Shown one piece after another: positions 18,715 to 28,767 of a stretch of 64,000 nt of DNA (its first letter is position 1; every line of letters starts with the position of its first letter). Source of the stretch: Candidatus Sumerlaeia bacterium (GTDB lineage: Bacteria; Sumerlaeota; Sumerlaeia; MVZB01); NCBI GenBank assembly GCA_963580245.1, contig CAUZJO010000001.1:67564-131563 (forward strand). Direction: 5' to 3'. The position numbers and the translations under genes were made by a program. The notes beneath the pieces were generated by a model that saw only the letters and a list, made by a program, of their open reading frames with translations, had not been told where the DNA came from and made no database searches.

Positions 18715-18757
18715 GAAGGGGTTTGCGCCGATGGCCGCGGCGGGGTCCGGCGGCGGA

Positions 18758-19369
18758 TCACTTTTCGACGTAAGTCCTATCGTAATAATACTTTGCGCGA
18801 TCGGCAATATTCTTGATGGTCTGATTGGGGTGCTCGGAAAACCGCTCGCTGATCTCTAAATAGCAGGCCTGCATCTCGGCGTAGTTTTCTCGCCGGAAAT
18901 AACACTGCCCCTGATCGTAAAGCGATTTGGCCTGGAGGAAGTCATGCTCGGGGTAGACTTCGGCCAACTTTTTGAACTCCGTGATCTCCCGCAGCAGGCA
19001 CCTTTTGCTCACCCGCACTTTGTCGGGGATATCAAGGCCCGCGTCCATTTCGACGACCGTCAATTTGGCCAGCGGGGTGAATTGACGATCGTCCGGGAAG
19101 TACTCGCCGACCCGACTGTAGATTTCCCGAACGACCTCCCGGATGCTCATGAGTTTCTTTTTGTTACTGGCGATCAGGGGCAGATTCCGTTTCTCGCGAT
19201 AGTCCTCGGCATATTTGAATTGGCCGGCGGCGTCTTCTTTCCTCGGGACGGTGACCACCGGCCCCTTACGAGCGCAACCCAGGGGCCCGCACAGGCCGAC
19301 AAGAAGCAACGCAATCCACGCCACCCGCCCGTGAAATAGATACCGATTGAGGTCAATGGGGTACTGCAT
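18758..19369 (-). CDS. Hypothetical lipoprotein.
   Basis: The signal peptide with lipobox is WIALLLVGLCGPLGCA, taking the ATG at 19369. The body is helical (…CYFRRENYAEMQACYLEISERF…). Confidence 0.5.
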   Translation of the reverse strand: MQYPIDLNRYLFHGRVAWIALLLVGLCGPLGCARKGPVVTVPRKEDAAGQFKYAEDYREKRNLPLIASNKKKLMSIREVVREIYSRVGEYFPDDRQFTPLAKLTVVEMDAGLDIPDKVRVSKRCLLREITEFKKLAEVYPEHDFLQAKSLYDQGQCYFRRENYAEMQACYLEISERFSEHPNQTIKNIADRAKYYYDRTYVEK

Positions 19370-19699
19370 GGACCGAATGGGACCGTCTAACAACATCAGT
19401 CTCTGATCCCCCGTGGTCGTGAGGGTTCCGCCCGCCCCTTGGGGCCGGATGACCATCTGCTTGGGGCGGCGGGTGGATCGGCCAAGGCCCTAATATCGAA
19501 GAGTCGGCCGGGAAATGTCAAACCATATCTTGATGAGTTCACGGGCCCCGATGGCCCCGCGCCCCGTGGCATCGCGGGCTGGGGAGTCCCGCGCGGACGC
19601 CGAGGGGCGTAATTGCGGGTTGACAGGGGCATCTTCTTTCCGATAAAAACCAAGGGCAACGCCGCCGAGGAAACCTCGCGATAGGAAGGTTACGCTCCT

Positions 19700-20782
19700 A
19701 TGAACGACAAACCCATGATTCATTCTTCGGTCAAGGCACCCCACCGATTCCTGCTTCTCGGTGGGTGCCTGCTCCTGATGGGTCCGCTTGGCTGGGCGCA
19801 GATCGGCGGCGGTTTCATCGCCCCGTCCTCGGCCCTGGACGCGCTCAGTTCGGGACCGGTTGGACCCGGTGGGGCGGGGGCACTTGCTCTGGATCGGGCC
19901 AGGAACCTGCCGGGCGCGCCACCGGGGCCGGTGCAGCCGACGACTCCGGCCCGAACGACGCTATCCCCGGGCCGCGGCTTTGCCGTGCCGGCCTTGCCGG
20001 GGGGGGCCGCCGAGACGCTCGATCCGGTCATCCCCAAGGAGAAAGTCATGGCGGGCACGCGCGTTCGGGATCACATCACCGGCGAACTGCTCGATGACCC
20101 GCACGAGCAACTGGTCCCCGCCTCCGAGCAAACCAATTTCTACGACGACGGGACGCACGGCGACATCGAGGCTGGCGACGGGAAGTTTTCGCTGGTGGAT
20201 GTACGCGACGATGTATTGGGCGAGGGCACCCAGCGGGCCAAGGAACAGTTGGTCAGGGCCCTGGTGGTGGCCGAGAATCTGAGCCCCCTCGAGTTCTACG
20301 GGTTCACGTTGATGAGCACCGAGCTGCATGCGCCCTACCGGCCCAAGAGCTCCTGGAAGCTGGTGCCCGATCCCGAAGGGGGCCCCGGCTTGACCCTGGC
20401 CCAAGTCCCCGTGGAGCGGCCCAAGGACGTGCCCGATTATCGCGAGTGGGTGGGCCGCAAGGACGACAAGGTCAAGGAGGACTGGGCCGACCGCTTCCTG
20501 AAAAGCTACCGCATCAACCCCGACAGCCTTGAGAGCGAATTCTATCCTCTTTATATCCCGAATCCGCCCCAGCCTCCCCAGGTGGAGCCTCCGGACGCGG
20601 ACCAGTGGACCCCGTTCAGCGACCCCGACGCGATAACCCGCTTGCTAAGCGGCCAGGGCGCGGACACGACCGGATTCGGCGGCGGGGGGGCTAGTTCGCC
20701 ATTTGGGCCTCGCGGCGGCGTGACCGGTGTGTCCATGAATCCCGGCACCTCGAGCAATTATTTCGGCACGACGGCGAGATAA
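19700..20782 (+). CDS. Secreted hypothetical protein, Pro/Gly-rich.
   Basis: The signal peptide is FLLLGGCLLLMGPLGWAQ. No recognisable catalytic motif. Confidence 0.5.
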   Translation: MNDKPMIHSSVKAPHRFLLLGGCLLLMGPLGWAQIGGGFIAPSSALDALSSGPVGPGGAGALALDRARNLPGAPPGPVQPTTPARTTLSPGRGFAVPALPGGAAETLDPVIPKEKVMAGTRVRDHITGELLDDPHEQLVPASEQTNFYDDGTHGDIEAGDGKFSLVDVRDDVLGEGTQRAKEQLVRALVVAENLSPLEFYGFTLMSTELHAPYRPKSSWKLVPDPEGGPGLTLAQVPVERPKDVPDYREWVGRKDDKVKEDWADRFLKSYRINPDSLESEFYPLYIPNPPQPPQVEPPDADQWTPFSDPDAITRLLSGQGADTTGFGGGGASSPFGPRGGVTGVSMNPGTSSNYFGTTAR

Positions 20783-20802
20783 TCACCCCAGAAGGCTGAT
20801 CC

Positions 20803-21240
20803 ATGGCACTGTCCCCCACTGAAGTCGAAGTTTTGTATGGCGAATCCAAGAAACTGCTGGAATTGTGGATGCGTACCAAGTTGGCCTTCCTGAAGGCCTT
20901 CGGAGGCGGGGAGATCTCCAAGGAGCAGGAGAACGACTATCTGCAACTCAAGAGCGAGATCTCGCGGATGTATCGCGCCATGGGCGAACGATTGCCCAAG
21001 GGGCTGCATTTCGACGGCGACAAGATGATGGAGATGCTCAAGAACGCGATGACCATGGAGCACCTCAAACGCCAGCCCCCGTCGGAGCGCCGGACGTTCT
21101 ACGGCACCTGGCATCGGGTCTATATTAAGCTGACCCGCACGCTGGGGGCGCTCGAGGTGATGGGTGAGGGCTATTATCCGCACATGCACCGCAAGCTGCT
21201 CGAAGTCAAAGGCGGCGCGGGCAAGGGCAAGAAAAAGTGA
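20803..21240 (+). CDS. Hypothetical protein of 145 aa, basic, with a Lys-rich C-terminal tail.
   Basis: It is an intact ORF with a 20-bp gap to the upstream gene and shows coding-like periodicity. Confidence 0.45.
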   Translation: MALSPTEVEVLYGESKKLLELWMRTKLAFLKAFGGGEISKEQENDYLQLKSEISRMYRAMGERLPKGLHFDGDKMMEMLKNAMTMEHLKRQPPSERRTFYGTWHRVYIKLTRTLGALEVMGEGYYPHMHRKLLEVKGGAGKGKKK

Positions 21241-21261
21241 TTTCACGGGAGGAGGGGTGAC

Positions 21262-24200
21262 GTGATTACCCTGCGCAACGTTCGGAACCTCGGCGGGCTG
21301 CTCGCCGTCGGCCTATTGTTGGCGACGACGATGGGCTGCAACAAGATGCTGGCCAACTTCTCGCTCAGCAAGGCGGAGAAACGCGCGACCGAGGCCGAAG
21401 ATAACCGGGCGGCCGAGTTCACGCCCCAGCAACTCGAGGAGACGCAAGCCAAGATCAACCAGGCGGCTGGCGAGATCGAGAGGCAGGACTTCAAGACCGC
21501 GCGCCTATCCGCCAAAAAGGCGGCCGACCTGAGTAAGGAGTTGCTGGAGCGGACCAAGACGCTGCGCGCCGAGGCCGAACGCAACGAGGCCAACACCTGG
21601 ATCGAACGCGCCCGCCTCAACGACGCCCAGAGCGTCAACGACCTGCTCTTTCAGCAGCTCCTGGTGGACAACCAATCAGGACTGGAGCGATACGATAAAC
21701 AGAAGTGGAACAAGGCCATCGAGATCTTCGATAAGGTCAAGAAGGATGTCCGCCACCTTCTGTACACGCTGGAGACCGATGCCAAGCAGTCCCTGGTCGA
21801 GACCGAGGGGATGCAGGAGGCCTTGCTGGAGGAAGGGGCGCTGGAGCACGCGCCGGAGTACGTCAATGAAATCGACCAGCAAATCGAGGACATCCGCAGG
21901 GCCATCGAGGTCGAGTACAACTATCGCAGTGCCATCGCCACGGCCGACCTTGCGCGCCAGACCAAGCAAGAGGGCATCCAGGAAACCAAGCGCGTCAAGA
22001 GCGACAAGCAACTGACCGAGATTGAAAACCTGCTCGATGAGGCCACCAATCTGGGGTCCGAGATTTACGCGCCCCAGACCTATCGGGCCGTGGGCAAAGA
22101 ATTCGACGGCCTGATCACCCAATACTACAATCAGAATTACGACACGGTCCTCACGTCGGCCCCCGTGCTCAAGCCCAAGGTCCTCGACTTGATCGTGGAG
22201 ACCAAGCGGGTGGCGGCCGGGACCAAGATCCAGGAAGTGCGGACGGCCATCAACAACCTGGTCGACGACAAGGCGCGCTCTTATCTGCCCGGGCGCGTCG
22301 AACTGTTGGAGTCGCTGCTCAAGGACGCCAAGGACCAGTATGACCAGGAGGCCTTCACCGATTCCAAGGAGGTCAGCCTGCGCGCGCTGGAACTGGAACA
22401 GAAGATCATCGACGAGTTCGACGACCTTGCCCAGCAGGAGTACTCCGCGGCCTCCGACGTGATGGGGACCGCCGAGGGCGTGTTCGAGCAGATGCAGGAC
22501 ATCTTCGACCGCCAGATTCCGGGAAAATGGTCCGAAACGGTTCAGGCCTTCGAGGACTCCAAACAGGTCTTCAAGGAGGAGCTGAATCGCCGGCTCAACA
22601 ACGCCCGCATTAGCCTGGGCCTGGCGGCCAACGAGCGCGGGGAGCAGGACTTCGACCTGTCGATCGAGACCGCCAAGCGCGTTGGCATCGAGGCCGAAGA
22701 CGTCCGCCAGCAGACCTTCCGCGTGGTGGCGCACAACGCCATCCTTGACCTGTCCAACATGGTCAGCCATTACGAGCGCGAAGGGGGACGGCGCTACGCC
22801 CGGACCGAGTTGGACAAGACCATCAACATGCTGGAGGAGTGCAAGAACCTGCTGTCGGTCGAGCAGTATCGCGAGGCCGTCAAACGCACCTCGGACACCA
22901 AGGCGCAGCTCGAAGTGATGGTCCAAGAACTGGAGCGCGTCGCCGAGTCCCGCATCCTGGACGCGACCAAGGCGCTCGCGCAAGCCAAGGATGACCGCGC
23001 CGAGAATTTCGAGAGTTCTCTCTACTCGCAGTCGCTGGTCAGCCTGGAGGAAGCCAAGCTGGCCCTGGAGGCCGAAGGAATGCAACTGGCCATTGAATCG
23101 GCGATTCAAGCCGAAACGATCGCCGCGGACGCCTCTTCGGGGGCGTTACGCCAGTGGACCGAAGACCTGATGCGGGCCAGTGACGACTACCTGGCCAAGG
23201 CGCGCGCGGCCGACGCCGCGCGTTACGCGCCCGAACAGTTCCAAAAGGCCTCGGACCTCAGGCGCAATCTTCAAACGTTGCATGATCAATCCGTCTTCCG
23301 CGATGCGATCGAGCTTGGCGCGCAGGTGGTCGCCGAGTCGAGCGACGCACTCTATGCGAAGGTGATCGAAGCCGAAGACGACATCGCCACCGCCCGGCGT
23401 TACGAAGGTTGGGAGTTTGAGCGGGAGCGGTTGGCCGAAGCCATTGTCAGCGCCAAGACTTCTCGCGACCTGATGGACAAGGGGGAGTACAATCTTTCGG
23501 AACAGTTCGCGTGGAACACCATCGTGATCGCCCAGGACGTGACCAAGAAGGCCAAGCGCAAGGGATTTGAATTCCGCATGAACAATCTGGAGGCGCGGAT
23601 GGAGGAGGCCCGCATCAAGGGCGCCGGTTACTATCAGGTCGGGGACTTGTCCAATGTCCTCGCCGAGATGAACGCGCTACGCCAATCCTTCAGCACCGAT
23701 AGCTATGAAGATTTCGCCGAAAAGGTCGAACGGCTCGATACGCAGTTGACCAGCCTGGTGGAAATGACGCCCGACGTTCTTCGGGACATGGTGCTCGTGA
23801 TGGGCGACCAGCTGGCCGAGCTGGAGCGGCGCGGCGCGGCCGAACACATGCCGGCCAAGGTGGATGAGGTCGAACGCAAGATCAAGTACGCGCAGATCGA
23901 TTACAAGGGCGAGAAATACCGACCCAGTTTCCAGAACATCAAGGACGCCCAGGCGATCATGCAGGAGGTCGCCGTCAACCTGGACGAACGGGAATTCGAC
24001 GCCGATCTCAACGATCACTTAACCGAGTTTGGCGACGAGTTGAGCAAGTTTGGCGTCATTCTCAACATGGGTCCCACCGTCATGTCGCAGCTGATCGTCG
24101 GCACCAACGGCCAGGCCAAGGCCACCTCGATCCTGTCGGCGAGTTCACCCTCGGACCTTCGGACTCGCGTGACCGAAATCGGCGCGGAGCTCACGCAGAT

Positions 24201-24465
24201 GCACCCACCCGACTCTCGGGTCTCGCAATGGCAAGTGACCGTGAATATGCTGAGCAAGGCCAAGACGGCATCCGCCAACTTCGAGAAACTGCTGATCCTT
24301 GATCAGTATAGCCTCCAGGAGGCCAAGGAGATCGTCCAGACCGCTTACCTGCAGATGTTTCAGGCCAAAGCCGAACAGGAAGAGATCCAGAGAACGATCG
24401 AGTATCCCCACAGGAAGCTCCGACCCGCCGGCGTCGAGCGTGTCGTCTCCTTCCAGGGATATTAA
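21262..24465 (+). CDS. Very large (1067 aa) coiled-coil-rich lipoprotein of unknown function.
   Basis: The lipobox LLATTMGC is followed by ~1000 aa of E/K/A/Q/L-rich heptad-like sequence. Confidence 0.6.
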   Translation: MITLRNVRNLGGLLAVGLLLATTMGCNKMLANFSLSKAEKRATEAEDNRAAEFTPQQLEETQAKINQAAGEIERQDFKTARLSAKKAADLSKELLERTKTLRAEAERNEANTWIERARLNDAQSVNDLLFQQLLVDNQSGLERYDKQKWNKAIEIFDKVKKDVRHLLYTLETDAKQSLVETEGMQEALLEEGALEHAPEYVNEIDQQIEDIRRAIEVEYNYRSAIATADLARQTKQEGIQETKRVKSDKQLTEIENLLDEATNLGSEIYAPQTYRAVGKEFDGLITQYYNQNYDTVLTSAPVLKPKVLDLIVETKRVAAGTKIQEVRTAINNLVDDKARSYLPGRVELLESLLKDAKDQYDQEAFTDSKEVSLRALELEQKIIDEFDDLAQQEYSAASDVMGTAEGVFEQMQDIFDRQIPGKWSETVQAFEDSKQVFKEELNRRLNNARISLGLAANERGEQDFDLSIETAKRVGIEAEDVRQQTFRVVAHNAILDLSNMVSHYEREGGRRYARTELDKTINMLEECKNLLSVEQYREAVKRTSDTKAQLEVMVQELERVAESRILDATKALAQAKDDRAENFESSLYSQSLVSLEEAKLALEAEGMQLAIESAIQAETIAADASSGALRQWTEDLMRASDDYLAKARAADAARYAPEQFQKASDLRRNLQTLHDQSVFRDAIELGAQVVAESSDALYAKVIEAEDDIATARRYEGWEFERERLAEAIVSAKTSRDLMDKGEYNLSEQFAWNTIVIAQDVTKKAKRKGFEFRMNNLEARMEEARIKGAGYYQVGDLSNVLAEMNALRQSFSTDSYEDFAEKVERLDTQLTSLVEMTPDVLRDMVLVMGDQLAELERRGAAEHMPAKVDEVERKIKYAQIDYKGEKYRPSFQNIKDAQAIMQEVAVNLDEREFDADLNDHLTEFGDELSKFGVILNMGPTVMSQLIVGTNGQAKATSILSASSPSDLRTRVTEIGAELTQMHPPDSRVSQWQVTVNMLSKAKTASANFEKLLILDQYSLQEAKEIVQTAYLQMFQAKAEQEEIQRTIEYPHRKLRPAGVERVVSFQGY

Positions 24466-24474
24466 ACCGTGGAT

Positions 24475-24597
24475 ATGCTGCTCAAAATATTCTCCGCCGA
24501 CTATTACGTCTATTGGGTGGAATTGTTGACGATCGCCGCGATTCTGGTGCTGTTGTTCTATGTCTTCTACGCGCTGAACCTGTTCAAAAAAGATTGA
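24475..24597 (+). CDS. Small (40 aa) single-pass membrane protein. It is too short to appear in the ORF track.
   Basis: MLLKIFSADYYVYWVELLTIAAILVLLFYVFYALNLFKKD begins 9 bp after the coiled-coil gene stop and contains a hydrophobic helix. Confidence 0.4.
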   Translation: MLLKIFSADYYVYWVELLTIAAILVLLFYVFYALNLFKKD

Positions 24598-24660
24598 ATC
24601 ACGGGCTATTGCTTCTATAATCTCCAGTCCGTCAGAACCGTGAGTTAGCAAGAAGGCACG

Positions 24661-25215
24661 ATGGTTAAAGCTCCACCGAAGCCCCCCAAGAAGGGGGGGG
24701 CCACCAATGCCGCCAGGGACCGGCAGTCCAGGTTCAGGTTGACCAAGCCCCAGAAGGCCTATGTGGGCGAGCTGCTCAAGCTCGAGAACCGCGTCGCCCT
24801 CTGCCGCGAGTTCATCAACTTGTGGATGCAGTTTTTCCGTTTTTTCGCCGCGGACCTGAGCGAGAAAGAGATCACGCAGGCCGAGGAGAAAGCGTTTTTC
24901 CAGGCCATGTCGGCCTTGGCGCGCAAGCATTTCCTGTTCGTCGAGATGATGGGCGACACCTTCGACCGCGGCGGCGACGTCATTGATGTCCTGGGCGTTG
25001 CCGTCAGCCTGGCCAACATCCAGGTCATGCCCGAGAACACCCGCTCCAAACTCGAGCTGGATTGGCACAACCTGTTCCTCGACATGAACCGGGCGCTGGG
25101 ACGCCTGATCCGACGCCTGCCCGGCAACATGAGCCTGTCCGAAGCCCTCGCCTCGCTCAGCAAGACGGCCCCCGCCAAGCCCGCGCCCAAGCCCGCCCAA
25201 AGCAAGGGAAAATGA
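24661..25215 (+). CDS. Hypothetical protein of 184 aa.
   Basis: It is an intact ORF whose stop overlaps the downstream start (ATGA at 25212-25215). Confidence 0.45.
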   Translation: MVKAPPKPPKKGGATNAARDRQSRFRLTKPQKAYVGELLKLENRVALCREFINLWMQFFRFFAADLSEKEITQAEEKAFFQAMSALARKHFLFVEMMGDTFDRGGDVIDVLGVAVSLANIQVMPENTRSKLELDWHNLFLDMNRALGRLIRRLPGNMSLSEALASLSKTAPAKPAPKPAQSKGK

Positions 25216-25745
25216 GGACCTATCACGAGCAGACGGCGCGGCGTTTCCACTCGGGGAAAGAGGTGGAGGCAGCGGTCCGGTCCGGTGAGTCTCTGGAAGG
25301 GGCCGACCTGAGCGGGCTGAATCTGTCCGGGATGGACCTGTCGGGGGCGGACCTGGGTGGGGCCCGCCTGAGCGGTGCCGATTTGTCGGGCACCCAACTG
25401 AGGGAGGCGCGACTGGAACGGGCGATGCTTGACCACGTCCAAGCCGCCGGTGCCGACCTGAGTGCCGTCCGCGCCGAGTTCGCCGTCTTCGGCCTGGCCG
25501 ACCTGCGCCAGGCCCGACTGGAGGGGGCGGGCCTGCGCCGCGCCAACCTGGTCGGCGTGAACGCGGAAGAGGCCAATTTCAGGGGCGCGGACGTCTATTA
25601 CGCGCGTTTCGCGGCCGCCAAGCTGCACGGGGCCGACTTCACCGGTGCCAACGTCGAACGGACGATTTTCCGCGCCGCCGATATCCGAGACGCAAGCCTG
25701 CGCGAGACACGGGGCGCGGCGAATTTCGATCGGGTCAGGAAGTGA
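25212..25745 (+). CDS. Pentapeptide-repeat protein.
   Basis: Tandem A(D/N)LxG-type pentapeptides run as ADLSGLNLSGMDLSGADLGGARLSGADLSGTQL… The ORF-track 5' extension from 25062 overlaps the upstream gene in another frame. Confidence 0.75.
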   Translation: MRTYHEQTARRFHSGKEVEAAVRSGESLEGADLSGLNLSGMDLSGADLGGARLSGADLSGTQLREARLERAMLDHVQAAGADLSAVRAEFAVFGLADLRQARLEGAGLRRANLVGVNAEEANFRGADVYYARFAAAKLHGADFTGANVERTIFRAADIRDASLRETRGAANFDRVRK

Positions 25746-26350
25746 AGTCCGGCATGTTGCTCCGCCATTTCATGCTCGACGTCGGTCCGCTCGAGTCCAA
25801 CGCCTTTCTCATGGCGGACCTTGAATCGCGGACCGGGCTGCTGGTGGATGCCGGGGCCTTTGAGTCGGCCATCGTCGCGGTGGCCGAAGAACACGACCTC
25901 CGGATGGCCGCCGTCCTATTGACGCACCTGCACTGGGACCACGTGGACGGCCTGGGTGAATACCTGAAACGATGGCCTGGAGCCCGGGTCCATGCGCCCG
26001 CGCGGCCCCCCTCGGTGCCCGACGCCCAGATCGTCGGCCACGGCGACGAGTTCGACGTGGGCCCTTTCCACTTCCAGGCACTCAAGACCTCCGGTCACAC
26101 GCCCGAATCGATCTCTTACTATTGCGCCGGCGCGGGGGTGTGCTTCGTCGGCGACTGTATCTTCGCGGGCTCGGTCGGCGGAACCAGCAGCGACGCCCTT
26201 TTCGAAGAGGAAACGGGCCATATCCGCAACCACCTATTCACATTGCCCGAGATGACGGAATTGCTCTCGGGTCACGGTCCGGTCACCACCGTGGCCATCG
26301 AGAAACAGGCCAACCCGTTCCTCAAACCCGGCTTCGGTCGCACCGCATAA
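25742..26350 (+). CDS. MBL-fold metallo-hydrolase (glyoxalase II / GloB-like).
   Basis: The HxHxDH motif is LLTHLHWDHVDGL. A second metal-ligand His-containing block follows (LKTSGHTPESIS, LLSGHGPVT). The length is 202 aa. Confidence 0.75.
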   Translation: MKSGMLLRHFMLDVGPLESNAFLMADLESRTGLLVDAGAFESAIVAVAEEHDLRMAAVLLTHLHWDHVDGLGEYLKRWPGARVHAPARPPSVPDAQIVGHGDEFDVGPFHFQALKTSGHTPESISYYCAGAGVCFVGDCIFAGSVGGTSSDALFEEETGHIRNHLFTLPEMTELLSGHGPVTTVAIEKQANPFLKPGFGRTA

Positions 26351-26409
26351 CGAGCCCACCCTCCCGGTCCCGTCCCGACGATGTCCAAAGGCGCCGGGGA
26401 TGGGGTATC

Positions 26410-27837
26410 GTGGGCTTTGAGGCCTGGGACTGGATTGATGAAAATAGGGTGGGAAATCACCTGAAATTTGAGAAATCTAGCCCGGTGCAAGCACCGGCGG
26501 GCGAGGTTTTCGCCTGGCACCAGCAGCCCGGGGCCTTCGAGCGGCTCACGCCCCCGTGGAGCAGGATTGAAGTCATCGAGCGTCCCAGCCGCATCGAGAA
26601 TGGCTCGCGAGTCGTCATTCGGATGAAGGTTGGACCCGTGTGGCGGCGGTGGGTGGCCGAGTACTGCGATTTTGAACAGGGACGCCAGTTCGCCGACGTT
26701 CAGCCCGAAGGCCCCTTCGCCTACTGGAGGCATTTACACCGGTTCAGCGCCGACGGAGAGACCGCCAGTCGGCTCAAGGACCTGATCGAGTATGAGCTGC
26801 CGCTGGGAGCACTGGGACGGGCGTTGGCCGGTCGCCATGCGCGGCGCGAGCTGGAGCGTGAGTTTCGCTATCGGCACGCGGTCACGGTCGGCGACCTCGA
26901 AATGCTGGAGCGCCACCGCCGCGCCGGCGCGGGGCCGATGCACGTCTTGGTCAGCGGCTCCTCGGGTCTGATCGGATCGCAACTGGTCCATATGCTCTCC
27001 TGCGGCGGGCATCGGGTCACCCGCCTGGTTCGCCGCCCGCCTCGCCCGGGTCAGGCCGAAGTGCGGCTGTCAGCCGAATCGGGGGGCTTCGAAGGCGGGG
27101 GGCTCGAGGGCCTTGATGCGGTGGTCCATCTGGCCGGCGAAAACGTCGTGGCGGGGTTCTGGAACGCCGGCCTCAAGCAACGCATCCGCGACAGCCGGGT
27201 CGAGGGCACGCGCCGTTTGTGCGAGGCGCTGGCCGGTCTGGACCCTCCCCCGCGCGCGCTCGTGTGCGCCTCGGCCCTCGGCTATTACGGCGACCGCGGC
27301 GATGAAGAACTGGAAGAACGAAGCGGGCCGGGCGAGAGCTTCCTGGCCGATGTCTGCCGCCAATGGGAGGCGGCGACCGAACCCGCCCGAGAGGCCGGGA
27401 TGCGGGTGGTCAAGCTGCGCGTCGGCGTCGTGTTGAGCCCCGCCGGCGGCGCGCTGGTCAAAATGCTGACGCCTTTTTGGTTGGGACTCGGCGGCCGCCT
27501 GGGCCACGGGCGGCAGTGGATGAGCTGGATCGCGCTGGACGACGCGCTCGACGTGATCTACCACGCGCTGATGGATGAGCAGCTAGAAGGCCCGGTCAAC
27601 GCCGTCACCCCCCACCCGGTGACCAACGCGGAGTTCACCAAAACGCTGGGTCGCGTGTTGCGGCGGCCGACCATTTTCCCCGCGCCGGCCTTTGCCCTGC
27701 GACTTGCCGTGGGAGAACTGGCGGACGAGCTGCTCCTGACCAGCGCGCGAGTTGTTCCCCGCCGGCTTACCGACCGTGGGCATTCATTCCGTTATCCGCA
27801 GTTGGAGGACGCATTGCGCCACGTCCTGGGGCGGTGA
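26410..27837 (+). CDS. Fusion of an N-terminal SRPBCC (polyketide-cyclase/START-like) domain with a TIGR01777/YfcH-type NAD-dependent epimerase family domain (SDR39U1 with C-terminal DUF1731).
   Basis: The SRPBCC region is KFEKSSPVQAPAGEVFAWHQQPGAFERLTPPW. The Rossmann GxxGxxG is VLVSGSSGLIGSQLV. The DUF1731-like C-terminus is …FPAPAFALRLAVGELADELLLTSARVVP. The start is uncertain (GTG 26410 or 26449). The ORF-track 5' extension to 25972 overlaps the MBL gene. Confidence 0.65.
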   Translation: MGFEAWDWIDENRVGNHLKFEKSSPVQAPAGEVFAWHQQPGAFERLTPPWSRIEVIERPSRIENGSRVVIRMKVGPVWRRWVAEYCDFEQGRQFADVQPEGPFAYWRHLHRFSADGETASRLKDLIEYELPLGALGRALAGRHARRELEREFRYRHAVTVGDLEMLERHRRAGAGPMHVLVSGSSGLIGSQLVHMLSCGGHRVTRLVRRPPRPGQAEVRLSAESGGFEGGGLEGLDAVVHLAGENVVAGFWNAGLKQRIRDSRVEGTRRLCEALAGLDPPPRALVCASALGYYGDRGDEELEERSGPGESFLADVCRQWEAATEPAREAGMRVVKLRVGVVLSPAGGALVKMLTPFWLGLGGRLGHGRQWMSWIALDDALDVIYHALMDEQLEGPVNAVTPHPVTNAEFTKTLGRVLRRPTIFPAPAFALRLAVGELADELLLTSARVVPRRLTDRGHSFRYPQLEDALRHVLGR

Positions 27838-27934
27838 GAAACCGGTGTCCGGCAACTCCGTGACGGTGAGGACCGGGGACGAGATCCAATGGGCATGAGA
27901 GGGGAGCACGCTTCGCGAGGGCGATCGGGCCCAG

Positions 27935-28315
27935 CTACGCCATGGTTCTCAAGACGGAATTCACAACTTCGCGATCGAACGCTTGCGGGTCGAATTCACC
28001 CCCGATCCAATCCAATAACTCCTGATGCTCCTCGTGATTGGGATCGCCGATCACTTCGAGAAAATGTTCGTAGCCCCAGACGCCGCCGCAGTCTTCCGGG
28101 GGGCATGCGCGCTTGCCGGCCAGGCATGCGGGGTAGCGCATGTCCTCCTTGGGCGGGCCGACCTGCTCGATCACCAGCCGATGGAGCCAGCTGTCGCCGA
28201 AGTCGTACTGATAGGTGAACTTCGCGCCCTTTCCCCGTACGACGTCGCGGAGTGCCGATTTCGTTTCGTTCAACACCTCCACGCCGAAGTCCATATCAAA
28301 ACGCAGCCATCCCAT
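27935..28315 (-). pseudogene. N-terminally truncated plasmid pRiA4b ORF-3-like protein (PF07929 family, an IS/plasmid passenger gene).
   Basis: There is a strong match to the family's C-terminal half: YQYDFGDSWLHRLVIE…GKRACPPEDCGGVWGYEHFLEVIGDPNHEEHQELLDWIGGEFDPQAFD. The family's N-terminal ~60 aa are absent. The apparent N-terminus is encoded inside the palindrome at 28304-28345. Confidence 0.7.
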
Positions 28316-28345
28316 AAGAATTCTCGAATTCTTATGGGATGGCTG
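28304..28345. repeat. Perfect 20+2+20 bp palindrome (cagccatcccataagaattc-tc-gaattcttatgggatggctg), with a degenerate extra right-arm copy at ~28388-28410.
   Basis: It is self-complementary as read. Both strands therefore encode the same peptide, QPSHKNSRILMGWL, which is seen in two ORF-track entries. Confidence 0.85.
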
Positions 28346-28767
28346 TGAAAATAAAGCGCATTTCACAATGACAACCCGAATTCCGCAGGGCTGTGGGATG
28401 GCTCTGAAACGAGGTTGCGTTCATGGAGCCGGCCGGCCGATATTATCCGCTCTATCAGCGGGCGCGCTATCGGGAAAACAAGGTTCGATGGGTCCAGCGA
28501 GAACGGTTCGTGGCAGATGCTCCGCTTGACTGGTAGGGAATTCGGGCATGCAAGAAGCGCGCGAAATCAGACGCAAGAATGAGAACTGTTGGCAAGGGCG
28601 CCACGCAATGAAGCGTCATCGCTTATACCGGCCGCGGCGGTGATCATCTCGAAGCACCCGCGAAAAACGACAGCGCATCCACCCGCCGATACGTCGCGAA
28701 GGGGCGCTCATCGCGGCGACAGGCCGATCGGGCGTGGATCGATCGATCAGTCGCGCGCTCGGATCGG

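Noticed and set aside
25972-26409. The 5' extension of the SRPBCC-epimerase ORF back to 25972.
   Set aside because: It overlaps the MBL hydrolase gene in another frame and is low-complexity (R/P/G-rich). The conserved domain begins near 26450.
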